A stretch of 64,000 bases of DNA from Thermoplasmatota archaeon (GCA_030619765.1 JAUXAU010000003.1:11654-75653); one strand, 5' to 3'; positions 9,333 through 17,990 are shown, counted from the stretch's first letter. The notes: generated from the letters alone by a model not told the origin. Numbers and translations: made by a program.

Positions 9333-9926
9333 ATGACATACGATACCCATACCAGAGAGAGGACAATGAAGAAAGATCTAAAGAAAACCAATAAAGAATT
9401 GAAAAAAGATGTAGCCACAGAATTAAGAGATATGGGATATATCAACGATGAGATAAGACGAGCTCTGGGTTGCACAGAGAGAACATTATATAGGTGGCAA
9501 TCCGAAGACATAGACGATGAGCAACAAAAAGAAATAGAACAACAAACAGAAGAGTTAGAACAGAAACAACAAAAAGAAATCGATGAAATTAAAGAACGCC
9601 TTGACAACTTAAGCAGATATTACGAAAATCTATGGAAAGAAAAACACACACCGGAAAAACCGACCGAACAAGATAAAGCCGAGGCAATAATCCTTCAAAT
9701 GATGTTAGAAAGAAGCTTCAAAAACGATAAACTCTTAGAACTGCAGAGACAGAGAACGCGAGAGATATGGGAGACCCACCAATGGATAGAGCAAAACCCG
9801 ATATGGAATGAAACAGAATACACAGAAGGCAATGCGAGATGGCAACGATTGATGGACAAATGGGATGGAAAGATGGAGAGAAAATATAGATATCCCCAAC
9901 AACTACAAGGATATCAAAACCCTTAA
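9333..9926 (+). CDS. HTH plus acidic coiled-coil protein directly upstream of the dual-spacer array
   Basis: GYINDEIRRALGCTERTLYRW (HTH) followed by E/Q-rich heptads. Alternative start at 9366. Confidence 0.8.
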   Translation: MTYDTHTRERTMKKDLKKTNKELKKDVATELRDMGYINDEIRRALGCTERTLYRWQSEDIDDEQQKEIEQQTEELEQKQQKEIDEIKERLDNLSRYYENLWKEKHTPEKPTEQDKAEAIILQMMLERSFKNDKLLELQRQRTREIWETHQWIEQNPIWNETEYTEGNARWQRLMDKWDGKMERKYRYPQQLQGYQNP

Positions 9927-9947
9927 ATAAAAACACAACCATATAAG

Positions 9948-10306
9948 TGCAACCATAAAATACCTGGTAGCCACGTAAAAAATGAAAACCATAAGATAAT
10001 TGCGAGCCAAGGCATCAATGAAAACCATCAATAAATTGCGTAGCCAGAGGTGGGATGAAGCCCATAAAAATCTTGCGTAGCCAATACAGCAATGAAATCC
10101 AGGGTTCACTTGCGTAGCCAAAATATGAATGAAAACCGCGGGTATGTTGCGTAGCCAAGAAAGAAATGAATTCCAAATTGATGTTGCGTAGCCAATAATA
10201 AAGTGGAATCCAACCCATTACTGCGTAGCCAACTGGATGATGAAAACCATATCAATATTGCGTAAGTATGTAAACAATGAAGCACATACAAATGTGCGCG
10301 TAAGCA
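9948..10306 (+). repeat. TIGR-like dual-repeat, dual-spacer array (8 regular units plus degenerate flanking units)
   Basis: Edge repeat TGCG(T)AGCCA, 9-nt spacer A, loop repeat TGAAAACCA-like, 9-nt spacer B. Period 37 nt (36 once); all spacers differ. Confidence 0.85.
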
Positions 10307-10317
10307 ACGCAAAAAGT

Positions 10318-10349
10318 GGTATCGGCCGTTTTTGGGAATAGCCGATACC
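10318..10349 (+). terminator. Hairpin closing the array
   Basis: GGTATCGGC / GCCGATACC, a 9-bp perfect inverted repeat. Confidence 0.5.
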
Positions 10350-10500
10350 TATACCACTAAACAACAGAGAGAAAGCGCTACAAAGCCTTAAAATAAGTAT
10401 TTTTTGTAGAAATAAAAATAAAAACTACCTTTTTAAAAAATGTCTCCTTAAAATCGATTTAAACCAAGGTAGAAATTCAACATTCATACGAACAACACCA

Positions 10501-10833
10501 TCAAGATTGTTTAAAGGGAAGTTCTACAGCTGAAGGTTCAAGCGAGTAACCATAAGACAGAAGCATAGAAATCATTAAAACACAAATCAATGGCAATATC
10601 AACCCTGGTAGGCTAAAAGCAAAAGTTGTGTCAGTAACCACCGCAACAAGAAATGCAACTGTAGGAGCAACCAATCCCCCGCAGATAGGCAATGTAAATA
10701 TAATTCCTATGCTACCGTTACGATCGATTGTAAAAGCGCCCACCACCATTGCAAAAATACCGCCCACAATGATATACAATAAAACGTTACCCACAAGGAG
10801 CTCCTGTATTATTTGTTGCATTGTAGTAATCAT
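10501..10833 (-). CDS. Three-TM membrane protein
   Basis: Three hydrophobic stretches. Confidence 0.7.
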   Translation of the reverse strand: MITTMQQIIQELLVGNVLLYIIVGGIFAMVVGAFTIDRNGSIGIIFTLPICGGLVAPTVAFLVAVVTDTTFAFSLPGLILPLICVLMISMLLSYGYSLEPSAVELPFKQS

Positions 10834-10857
10834 ACTTCAAGCCTCATAGGTGAGTTT

Positions 10858-10903
10858 GGGTTGATTGCAACGAAAGATCTCACTAGAAGATTGCAATCAA
10901 CCC
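10858..10903. repeat. 13-bp perfect inverted repeat with a 20-nt loop
   Basis: GGGTTGATTGCAA / TTGCAATCAACCC. Confidence 0.8.
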
Positions 10904-10947
10904 GCCAAGTTTAGAAGAGTTCGAGGCGCCAAAAGGTTCAGAAGCCT

Positions 10948-11148
10948 TTAAGGAGACTTAGCCCGCTTTTTCTCGCGTTCGTCCAAGATTATCGATGCAC
11001 AATCTTCACTAATCAGATTTCGTTTTCCGAATTCATAAATCTTTTCATCCGAATACGTACTGGCCCACCGATACTCCAAGATAGAACACGGATGGAGCTC
11101 CGCTTCTTCCTTTTTGGCTTCTGGGATATATACTTCTTCTTCTGGCAT
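10948..11148 (-). CDS. Small hypothetical protein
   Basis: MPEEEVYIPEAKK.. within track ORF 10948..11220. Confidence 0.45.
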   Translation of the reverse strand: MPEEEVYIPEAKKEEAELHPCSILEYRWASTYSDEKIYEFGKRNLISEDCASIILDEREKKRAKSP

Positions 11149-11253
11149 TGTTAACAAACCTTCTATATCTGTAGATGTAGACCTGGCTAATAAAAGTAAC
11201 TGGGCACCCCCTACCCCCAAAAGTTATACATAGAATTTGGATCTGGGCCCCGA

Positions 11254-11505
11254 ATGCCAAACCCTAAAAAAACTATGTCCATCAATCGAACCGTATGGGT
11301 TAAGGCAAGAAAAAAAAGACTACGACACAGTAAAAAACACGGTGTAAAAATCGGTAGAAATTGCTTATTGTGTGTTTATGGGAATACACCCATTAACACA
11401 GACGCAAAAGTTCGATGTTCATTCCATAACCCCGATGTTGTGTTCGATAACAAAAAAGGATATTGGATATGCTACACATATCAATACGATAAAAGGTTAT
11501 CCTGA
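11254..11505 (+). CDS. Small basic Cys/His-containing protein (possible Zn binder)
   Basis: K/R-rich N-terminus; CLLC..C..H..C. Confidence 0.5.
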   Translation: MPNPKKTMSINRTVWVKARKKRLRHSKKHGVKIGRNCLLCVYGNTPINTDAKVRCSFHNPDVVFDNKKGYWICYTYQYDKRLS

Positions 11506-11676
11506 TGACAACATTATATTTATCAAAAATCCACAGAGAAACAAAAGTTACCCCCTGTGGTAACTGTAGATTTATTGGATGTGCAAACACCTATACCAAA
11601 CGATTGTCATAACAACCATTAGAATAAAAACTAATTCCGTTTTTACAATCTGTTATAAAGTCATCAGTAAAATTTC

Positions 11677-11808
11677 TTATCTTTCAGAACTATATATCTT
11701 GTTAAGAAGGTATGATACTTCTCCACTGATTGACCTGTAGTTTTCTTTTGCTTTTTCCCGCAGTAGTTTCTCATCTTCTTTTGATAATGATATCGTTATT
11801 TTTGCCAT
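11677..11808 (-). CDS. Ribbon-helix-helix (Arc/CopG-like) repressor, 43 aa, absent from the track
   Basis: MAKITISLSKEDEKLLREKAKENYRSISGEVSYLLNKIYSSER: alternating beta-strand, helix, RSIS..V turn. Confidence 0.85.
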   Translation of the reverse strand: MAKITISLSKEDEKLLREKAKENYRSISGEVSYLLNKIYSSER

Positions 11809-12060
11809 AAAGCCAATTACTATAGATAGAACTTTCAATCGTTTTTCTAATTTATACGAATATATACTACAAAGGAATTAAATAGATGTATAAGGATGTC
11901 TATTTTAATAGAATGAAAGAAAAAATTAGAAAACCGATGAAAAAGGAAGAAATGAGTTTTGCAATGCGATGTTTCTATTATGGTTACAAAGCATATTATA
12001 TGAATTTAGACTAACCCCATAAAAATATTTTTGGGATTAATTGATTTTATTTTTTGATAA

Positions 12061-12261
12061 CTAAACAATACCTATAAATACAAACAAACCGCCAATACCC
12101 CCAATTTTTGTGCAAGGGAACGATAATTCGATGGGCAACGTTATTTTTTTCCCGTTCCTACGTATCAGAAACGGTGTGCCTACGTAAAAACTATCGTTGT
12201 CAATCCAATGCCTTTCATAATACCTAAAATTGTTATTTAGTCCTATTCTTACAACTATCAT
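12061..12261 (-). CDS. Small hypothetical protein
   Basis: ORF collinear with the minus-strand gene run. Confidence 0.4.
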   Translation of the reverse strand: MIVVRIGLNNNFRYYERHWIDNDSFYVGTPFLIRRNGKKITLPIELSFPCTKIGGIGGLFVFIGIV

Positions 12262-12444
12262 TATATAGTATTAACAGTTACTTTAACTCCAATAGTTATA
12301 CTGAAAAAGTATACCTGGAACTAAGCATAGACTGTTCACGGAGTTATGGGCAAACCCTCCTGGTATTTAACCAGGGCGATTACTTAGCATATGCTTATCC
12401 CAGGTGTTTATTACTGAATACTGAAATTGTAAGTCATTTGCCTC

Positions 12445-13269
12445 TTACAATTTCTTATTCTTATCTTTAGGCCCAACAGGTTTGTCAGGTTCAGATTTGT
12501 TAGACGATGTAGTCCCTATATCGTCTATTATACTGTTAATACCGTCAATTAGGCTATGTAACATATCTATGTCTTCAGGTAATCCAATATAATTTTTGGC
12601 CCAACCAAAACCAACACCTTCGCTACCGTCAGTTAAGGTTACCTCAATCATCGGTCCGCTATCAATGGAGTAAAAGATACCGTAGTCTCCTTCTTTTTTC
12701 GTTGTTTTAATCCATTTGTCATCATTATGTGCCTCAGAAAATAGTTTTAATTCTTTAGGTCTGCTACTTCTGTTGCCTTTTGCCATTTTACAGTTCACCT
12801 CCTGTATGCTATGTTCTCGCATTTTAGTCGATGAAACCAAAAACTCAGACCGAAAAATCATTTTTTCCTCTTTTCTTTCTGTCGCAACAGCGACAGTTTC
12901 ATCAGTTTTAGAGAAATCACTTTTTCTCGTGTGAGTTTCCTTCGTTTGTGTTTCATCAGAAATTTGAGAACCGTGAAACTTAGAATTTTTAATCTTAGAA
13001 CCTGAAAGCCTGCCATCGGCCTTTTTTTCAAAAATGATATTGACTTGACGAATTGTAATCTTAAAATCCAGGTTTTTCCACTGTGCAAATTCTTGGAGGT
13101 ATTGCACAATTTCAATTTCTTTCCAACCTAATTTATCTCTCATAAAACAGACTAAAAATAATCGTTCAGGATCTCGGGCATTTGGATCTTCAATTATTCT
13201 GTTCAGTTCGTTACGCCATTTATTGCTTTTAATGAAATATCGGGAAGTGTTATCATCTGTAAAAGTCAT
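12445..13269 (-). CDS. Putative replication protein: PriX/PriL-CTD-like helical N-domain plus beta-rich C-domain
   Basis: RLFLVCFMRDKLGW..EIVQYL...WKNLDFKITIRQV resembles the primase large-subunit C-terminal pattern (by eye). Confidence 0.5.
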   Translation of the reverse strand: MTFTDDNTSRYFIKSNKWRNELNRIIEDPNARDPERLFLVCFMRDKLGWKEIEIVQYLQEFAQWKNLDFKITIRQVNIIFEKKADGRLSGSKIKNSKFHGSQISDETQTKETHTRKSDFSKTDETVAVATERKEEKMIFRSEFLVSSTKMREHSIQEVNCKMAKGNRSSRPKELKLFSEAHNDDKWIKTTKKEGDYGIFYSIDSGPMIEVTLTDGSEGVGFGWAKNYIGLPEDIDMLHSLIDGINSIIDDIGTTSSNKSEPDKPVGPKDKNKKL

Positions 13270-13565
13270 TGTTTATTCTCCTTACAAAAACTACAATATC
13301 CAAAATATCCATCAATGTATAAAATACCCTTTTTATTGACTACAGACTTACAGCTGGCAATCAAAAAATGTCGTTGTTGGTTGCAATTAATACAATAATG
13401 AATAATGTAGGGTTGTTGCCAGATAATCTTAATGTCATCGGGTTTACTATTTTTTTTGTTAATGTATGCAATTTTCCAACCTAAATCTCGTAAGGTTTTC
13501 TTTTCATTGCCAATGTCAATATAATTAGGAATAAACTGTTGTCTAGACAACGGATTTACCTCCAT
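13266..13565 (-). CDS. Zn-ribbon protein
   Basis: CINC..CSFC; overlaps the next gene by ATGA. Confidence 0.65.
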   Translation of the reverse strand: MEVNPLSRQQFIPNYIDIGNEKKTLRDLGWKIAYINKKNSKPDDIKIIWQQPYIIHYCINCNQQRHFLIASCKSVVNKKGILYIDGYFGYCSFCKENKQ

Positions 13566-13725
13566 AATTAAGATCTTCCAAAAAAGTAATTTTAATGGGT
13601 TTTGGTTTTGAAGATAAAAAAAAGAAAAAGAAAAGTTTAAAGTGTTTGGAATTGATATCTGAAATCAAGAAGGCGTAAAAATGGAATTTCTTGATCAAAT
13701 TCCCTTCTGTTGGTGTATGGGAGTT

Positions 13726-13738
13726 CCAGTGCTCCCAT
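13726..13738 (+). repeat. attR core
   Basis: Exact copy of CCAGTGCTCCCAT. Confidence 0.88.
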
Positions 13739-13768
13739 TCACTCATATAAAATTGGAAGAGGATTGAA

Positions 13769-13963
13769 ATGAATATGAAGGATGTTAATGAATGGACGAT
13801 ATTATCATTACTCGCTATAGTAGCAGGGATAATATTTTATGTATATTGGGGCATAACGTATGGTGTTTGGGCAGATATAGGCATCTATTCTATAACTATA
13901 GTTTTAGTTTTCTCTGGAGTGTGTGGAATATTATTGTCACTTCATCCAAAGAAGGAAGATTAA
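13769..13963 (+). CDS. Small two-TM membrane protein
   Basis: Hydrophobic ORF with GAGG RBS. Confidence 0.7.
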   Translation: MNMKDVNEWTILSLLAIVAGIIFYVYWGITYGVWADIGIYSITIVLVFSGVCGILLSLHPKKED

Positions 13964-14035
13964 AAACTTCTTTTTAGCATATTTTGGTTAAAGTCGGCAC
14001 AACATTTATATATGGTAGATAGTAATTGATGCCTG

Positions 14036-14239
14036 ATGGAACAGGATAATTTCTTCAAGAAACATTCTGGGGAATGGCTTTTGCTTTTTAATGACGAAAT
14101 TGTAGATCACAGTGTTAATTTAGAAGATTTATTAAAAGAGGCAGATGAAAAATATCCTGCCGAAAAGTTTCCAGATGATAATATAAAGATATCAAAAGTA
14201 TTACAAGGGACACCAAGAAATATCTTACGGGATAGATAA
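14036..14239 (+). CDS. DUF5678-like small protein
   Basis: HSGEWLLL...IVDHS..LEDLLKEA pattern; coupled to the downstream aspartyl protease. Confidence 0.65.
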   Translation: MEQDNFFKKHSGEWLLLFNDEIVDHSVNLEDLLKEADEKYPAEKFPDDNIKISKVLQGTPRNILRDR

Positions 14240-14638
14240 ATGTCTGAATTACAATTTATATTTGAATACAGGGATTTCCCCCTTATTCCTATAAAGTTTT
14301 GTACTACGAGAAGAGAAACTCCAACTATTGATGCACTGTTAGATTCAGGTGGAGATTTTATTGTTATCCCCCATGCCATAGCCAAATATTTGGAATTGAA
14401 CTTACAAAAAGCAGGCCATGTTGATACTGCAGGGGGAGAAACAACCCTGTATAAGTCATTTGTTAACATGGTGATAAATGATAAAGATAAGAAATTTACT
14501 TATGAGGATCTAGAAATCCATGTTTCTGATCGAAACGACATACCTGTTCTTCTTGGCAGAAAACCAATTTTTGAAGATAATGAAATCATATTTAAAAAGC
14601 ACGAAAATAAACTTATTTTAAATCCAATAGAAAAATAA
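14240..14638 (+). CDS. Retropepsin-like aspartyl protease
   Basis: ALLDSGGD and VLLGR motifs. Confidence 0.85.
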   Translation: MSELQFIFEYRDFPLIPIKFCTTRRETPTIDALLDSGGDFIVIPHAIAKYLELNLQKAGHVDTAGGETTLYKSFVNMVINDKDKKFTYEDLEIHVSDRNDIPVLLGRKPIFEDNEIIFKKHENKLILNPIEK

Positions 14639-14748
14639 TAAAAAATGTTGCAGTTTTTTTTGAAAAAATTGTTATTTGTATGCTTTTTATGGAGAAAATT
14701 AGGAGAAGGTTTAAATCATAGATTGTTTATTCAGTTATGAGGTAGAAT

Positions 14749-14934
14749 ATGGCATATACACATGAAGGTTGGACATTATATAAGAGAGATGTTACCTTAA
14801 AAGGTGGAAGGAATCAAACTATCTATTTCTTTAGCAAGAGAACACCAAAAAGCGGCTCACCATGTGACAAGCCCGATAATATGGTTGTTGGTGTTAACAA
14901 GAGAACGGGTCTTCCATACTTAAAAAAGAAATAA
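14749..14934 (+). CDS. Small basic protein
   Basis: GAGGT RBS; K/R-rich 61 aa with WTLY..V.LKGG..QTIYFF. Confidence 0.8.
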   Translation: MAYTHEGWTLYKRDVTLKGGRNQTIYFFSKRTPKSGSPCDKPDNMVVGVNKRTGLPYLKKK

Positions 14935-15229
14935 AATTAATCATCTCTTTTTCTTTTTTTAATTTCATATAGATGTATTGTTTTGTCAGAGTGAGGTAGA
15001 TAAAGGAAAATGAACGTTTTTCTCATTTGAAAGTGCTAGAAATAATGAACTGATAGAATTCTTACAATAGGGAACTGCGAAAGATCGTATTGATATATAT
15101 TGTACCTTACTTGCTTCTTTAATGCTTATTGTGTTACATATATGACGTTCGAAAAACATATCTTGTCATTGATTAACATATAACTTTATATATATGACAT
15201 ACATTAGATTATATAGGGAGGTATGAAGA

Positions 15230-15652
15230 ATGCAAAATAGGATGTTAAAAAAAGGCCTGGTCATCGGTGTTATCTGTGTTTTGATACTAGTGTCTTTACC
15301 TACTATTACTGCAGATGTAGAGAATTATAATAATTCTATTGTTTTGATTGCAGGTAAGAGCAATTCTACAAGTTGCCTGAGTTTATGGTGGAGAATCGGG
15401 TTATATATCCCTGTTATGAAAAGGCATTTTTTTGTAGCGGCAAACGGAGAAGAAGGAGAATCACTCAATGTCTTGATATTTAGTAGAAACAATGGAATTG
15501 CTACTTATTATGACTACGAAGACATTAGAATTGAGTTACAACGTGCCCGAGGTGTGTTTTATTGGGGAGAAAAATCCCTTCTGTTTAATCATAGTGAGCC
15601 GTCGCCAGTGTTTGTACTGTGTAGGGCCGAAAGAGCGTATGTAACCACTTAA
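15230..15652 (+). CDS. Secreted hypothetical protein
   Basis: Signal peptide MLKKGLVIGVICVLILV. Confidence 0.75.
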   Translation: MQNRMLKKGLVIGVICVLILVSLPTITADVENYNNSIVLIAGKSNSTSCLSLWWRIGLYIPVMKRHFFVAANGEEGESLNVLIFSRNNGIATYYDYEDIRIELQRARGVFYWGEKSLLFNHSEPSPVFVLCRAERAYVTT

Positions 15653-15671
15653 AAAATAATGAGATAAAAAA

Positions 15672-16589
15672 ATGAAAATTAACAATCTTCTTAATAGAGG
15701 AATTACCCTTATTGTAATTGTTTTATTTATCGGAGTATCTTGCATACCAACTGGTATCACTTCAAAGGTTGCTCCATTAGATGATATTCAAAAGGAACCT
15801 CATGGCTTCTTTTTCGGTTTAAAAGGGCATATAAAGTTTGATTTCAATCTGGATGATTTTCTCGAACCGATAGAACCAGGCGGTGGAGGATGGTTTCTAT
15901 ATAATGTGAGCTATAAGGTTTCTGGTATATTCGCCGATATTATAGCAAGATGGTTTCATGGAAGGGTGTTTATGACAATTGAATTATCCATTAAGGATGT
16001 CCCTGAATGGGCTTCAATTAGCGTTTTCCCCGATACGGTGCACTTCGATATTAGTTCAGATTGGGAGACACCTATTGAAAGTCCTGCAATCTTGATTATT
16101 TTAAATGAAAGTGCACCTGCTTTTAATATATCCTACTTTAAAATAGTGGGGACAACTAATTGTACAAAGGGACCTTTTGGTATTCTCACTTGGATACATG
16201 GTTCAAAGGTTGAAAAGGAGTTCCCCATTGTCCCAGGTTATCTGCCATTAATAAATGTAACACCAGAGACAAATAACATACATACCCCACCAGGTCAAAT
16301 AACGGAACTAAACATCTCAATAGAAAATCTTGGTAATGGTTTAACTTTAGTTAAATCTGAAATTATTGACAGTCCATCCCCGAATTGGTGGGTTTATATC
16401 CAACCTGAAACAGTTTTGGATGTAGGTGAAGAAAAAGAGGCGTCTCTATTCATCATGCCTCCTGAAAATTACACGGGTAATGATTCGATAAATCTTACTT
16501 TCACTCCATGTTACTACTATGACCCAAATAATCCTGAATTACAAGGAATGCCTATAACTGAAGTTATCACAGTTAGATCTCAGCCTTAA
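15672..16589 (+). CDS. Secreted protein with Ig-like domains
   Basis: Signal peptide; ISIENLGNG beta-sandwich pattern. Confidence 0.75.
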   Translation: MKINNLLNRGITLIVIVLFIGVSCIPTGITSKVAPLDDIQKEPHGFFFGLKGHIKFDFNLDDFLEPIEPGGGGWFLYNVSYKVSGIFADIIARWFHGRVFMTIELSIKDVPEWASISVFPDTVHFDISSDWETPIESPAILIILNESAPAFNISYFKIVGTTNCTKGPFGILTWIHGSKVEKEFPIVPGYLPLINVTPETNNIHTPPGQITELNISIENLGNGLTLVKSEIIDSPSPNWWVYIQPETVLDVGEEKEASLFIMPPENYTGNDSINLTFTPCYYYDPNNPELQGMPITEVITVRSQP

Positions 16590-16680
16590 GGAAGATTTAC
16601 GATTCCATTGAATCTCTATTTGATAAAGAGGTTGAATTTATATATTAAATACTGCATATAACATAGTTAGTGGTAAAAAT

Positions 16681-17781
16681 ATGAAGAAAGCTGTTACAAT
16701 TTTCGTTCTATTACTATTTCTTATACCTATAAATATCATGAGTGCTGAAAAGTTAGATAATGTTGTAGAACAATATGAACTACCCCCTTATTTCAGTTGG
16801 CAGGACATCAATGGTACTGATTATACCACACCTATTAAAGATCAATCACCAGCTCCCACATGCGAGACATACGCAATATGTGCCTCACTTGAAACAATAA
16901 TGCAATACCAAATGGGAGAGGTATATGAACCAGATCTTTCAGAAACACACCTTTATTTCTATGCAGGTGGGACATATGAAGCAGGATATGTAAACCTAAT
17001 AGACGCAGCAAATTACCTCATAGAATATGGCGTCCCTGACGAAGGATGCTATCCTGATCCACATAGAGCATTTGATTACCCATTTGAAAGTCTACCTGGA
17101 TGGGAAAATAGAACAGTAAAAATAACTGAATGGGGATGGGTCGACCACGACGTAGAGGCAATAAAAGAAGCATTAATCGAATATGGCCCACTCATCATAT
17201 GTTTCTATGTTTACAATGATTTTTACTATTACTTAGGAGGCGTTTATAGACACCGATGGGGAGAACGCGTTGGAGGACACGTAGTAACCATCGTTGGATA
17301 TGATGATTCCCATAAATGCTGGATTGTAAAAAACAGCTGGGGAACAAAATGGGGTGGAAAAGGCTGGTTTAGATTGGCATACGATGCAGACATATTTGCA
17401 GAATGGTATGGGGAAGGTACAGGGGTAATGTACCTCGATGGCATCTATGGAAACTTGAAACCTGATGTTCCGAAAATAAAGGTTGAAAAACCGACATTCT
17501 ACCATACCTATATATTTAATATAGGTTTTACTACGATTTATAGAAAACTACAGATTCAAGTAGCAGCGGCAAGAGTATTTGGAAATCTAAATGTAAAAGT
17601 AAATGCTGAAAACACCAATATAGTTGAATTCTACGTCGATGATGTATTGCATCATATCGATAATGAAGCACCATTTACATGGAATATGCAAGCTACACGT
17701 GGAATCCACACTTTAGAAATAAGAGCAAAGAATGACTACAATACATCATTAGGCATAGTTGATTTCTATGTGTTTCCCTAA
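16681..17781 (+). CDS. Secreted C1A papain-family cysteine peptidase with C-terminal Ig-like domain
   Basis: IKDQ...C (atypical QSPAPTCETYA), GGHVVTIVGY, KNSWG. Confidence 0.88.
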   Translation: MKKAVTIFVLLLFLIPINIMSAEKLDNVVEQYELPPYFSWQDINGTDYTTPIKDQSPAPTCETYAICASLETIMQYQMGEVYEPDLSETHLYFYAGGTYEAGYVNLIDAANYLIEYGVPDEGCYPDPHRAFDYPFESLPGWENRTVKITEWGWVDHDVEAIKEALIEYGPLIICFYVYNDFYYYLGGVYRHRWGERVGGHVVTIVGYDDSHKCWIVKNSWGTKWGGKGWFRLAYDADIFAEWYGEGTGVMYLDGIYGNLKPDVPKIKVEKPTFYHTYIFNIGFTTIYRKLQIQVAAARVFGNLNVKVNAENTNIVEFYVDDVLHHIDNEAPFTWNMQATRGIHTLEIRAKNDYNTSLGIVDFYVFP

Positions 17782-17990
17782 ACATCTTTTTTTAAAGGAA
17801 AAGAAATCTAACTAAATATGAGATTGAATATTTGGTATACTATTAGTCGAATTGGAAGGCTATGATTAGATATTGAAGCAGTACTAATCAAAATGGTTAT
17901 TGGAGTGTTTCTTCAATCTTAAAAACATTGTATCATAGCTATCACTTCAATACGATTATTTTATATATATTAAAATTAATATTAAATTTA

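Larger units (their letters stand above)
7679..13738. mobile_element. Integrated plasmid- or satellite-like element in tRNA-Trp (excised circle 6047 bp)
   Basis: 13-bp direct repeat CCAGTGCTCCCAT at both ends; contains a tyrosine integrase, an RHH gene and small Zn-binding ORFs. Confidence 0.9.

Noticed and set aside
9974-10258. Self-targets of the spacer pairs within this window
   Set aside because: Spot checks by eye found only isolated partial or single-spacer 9-mer hits with no adjacent partner half. A full computational search was not possible, so absence is not established.
9948-10306. Array read as CRISPR
   Set aside because: Repeats are only 9-10 nt and of two alternating kinds, with 9-nt spacers; no cas genes are present.
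9903-10312. Track ORFs over the array (9903..10121, 10015..10218, 10106..10312)
   Set aside because: The 37-nt period shifts frame each unit, so the recurring LRSQ/ATQ/WLR words appear in all frames; this is a repeat artefact.
12345-12380. c-di-GMP-I riboswitch suggested by GGGCAAACCC
   Set aside because: The remaining consensus elements (tetraloop/receptor, GACGCAAAG-like segment) are missing.
13543-13746. Independent 67-aa gene
   Set aside because: It straddles attR and is better explained as the alternative integrase tail of the excised form.
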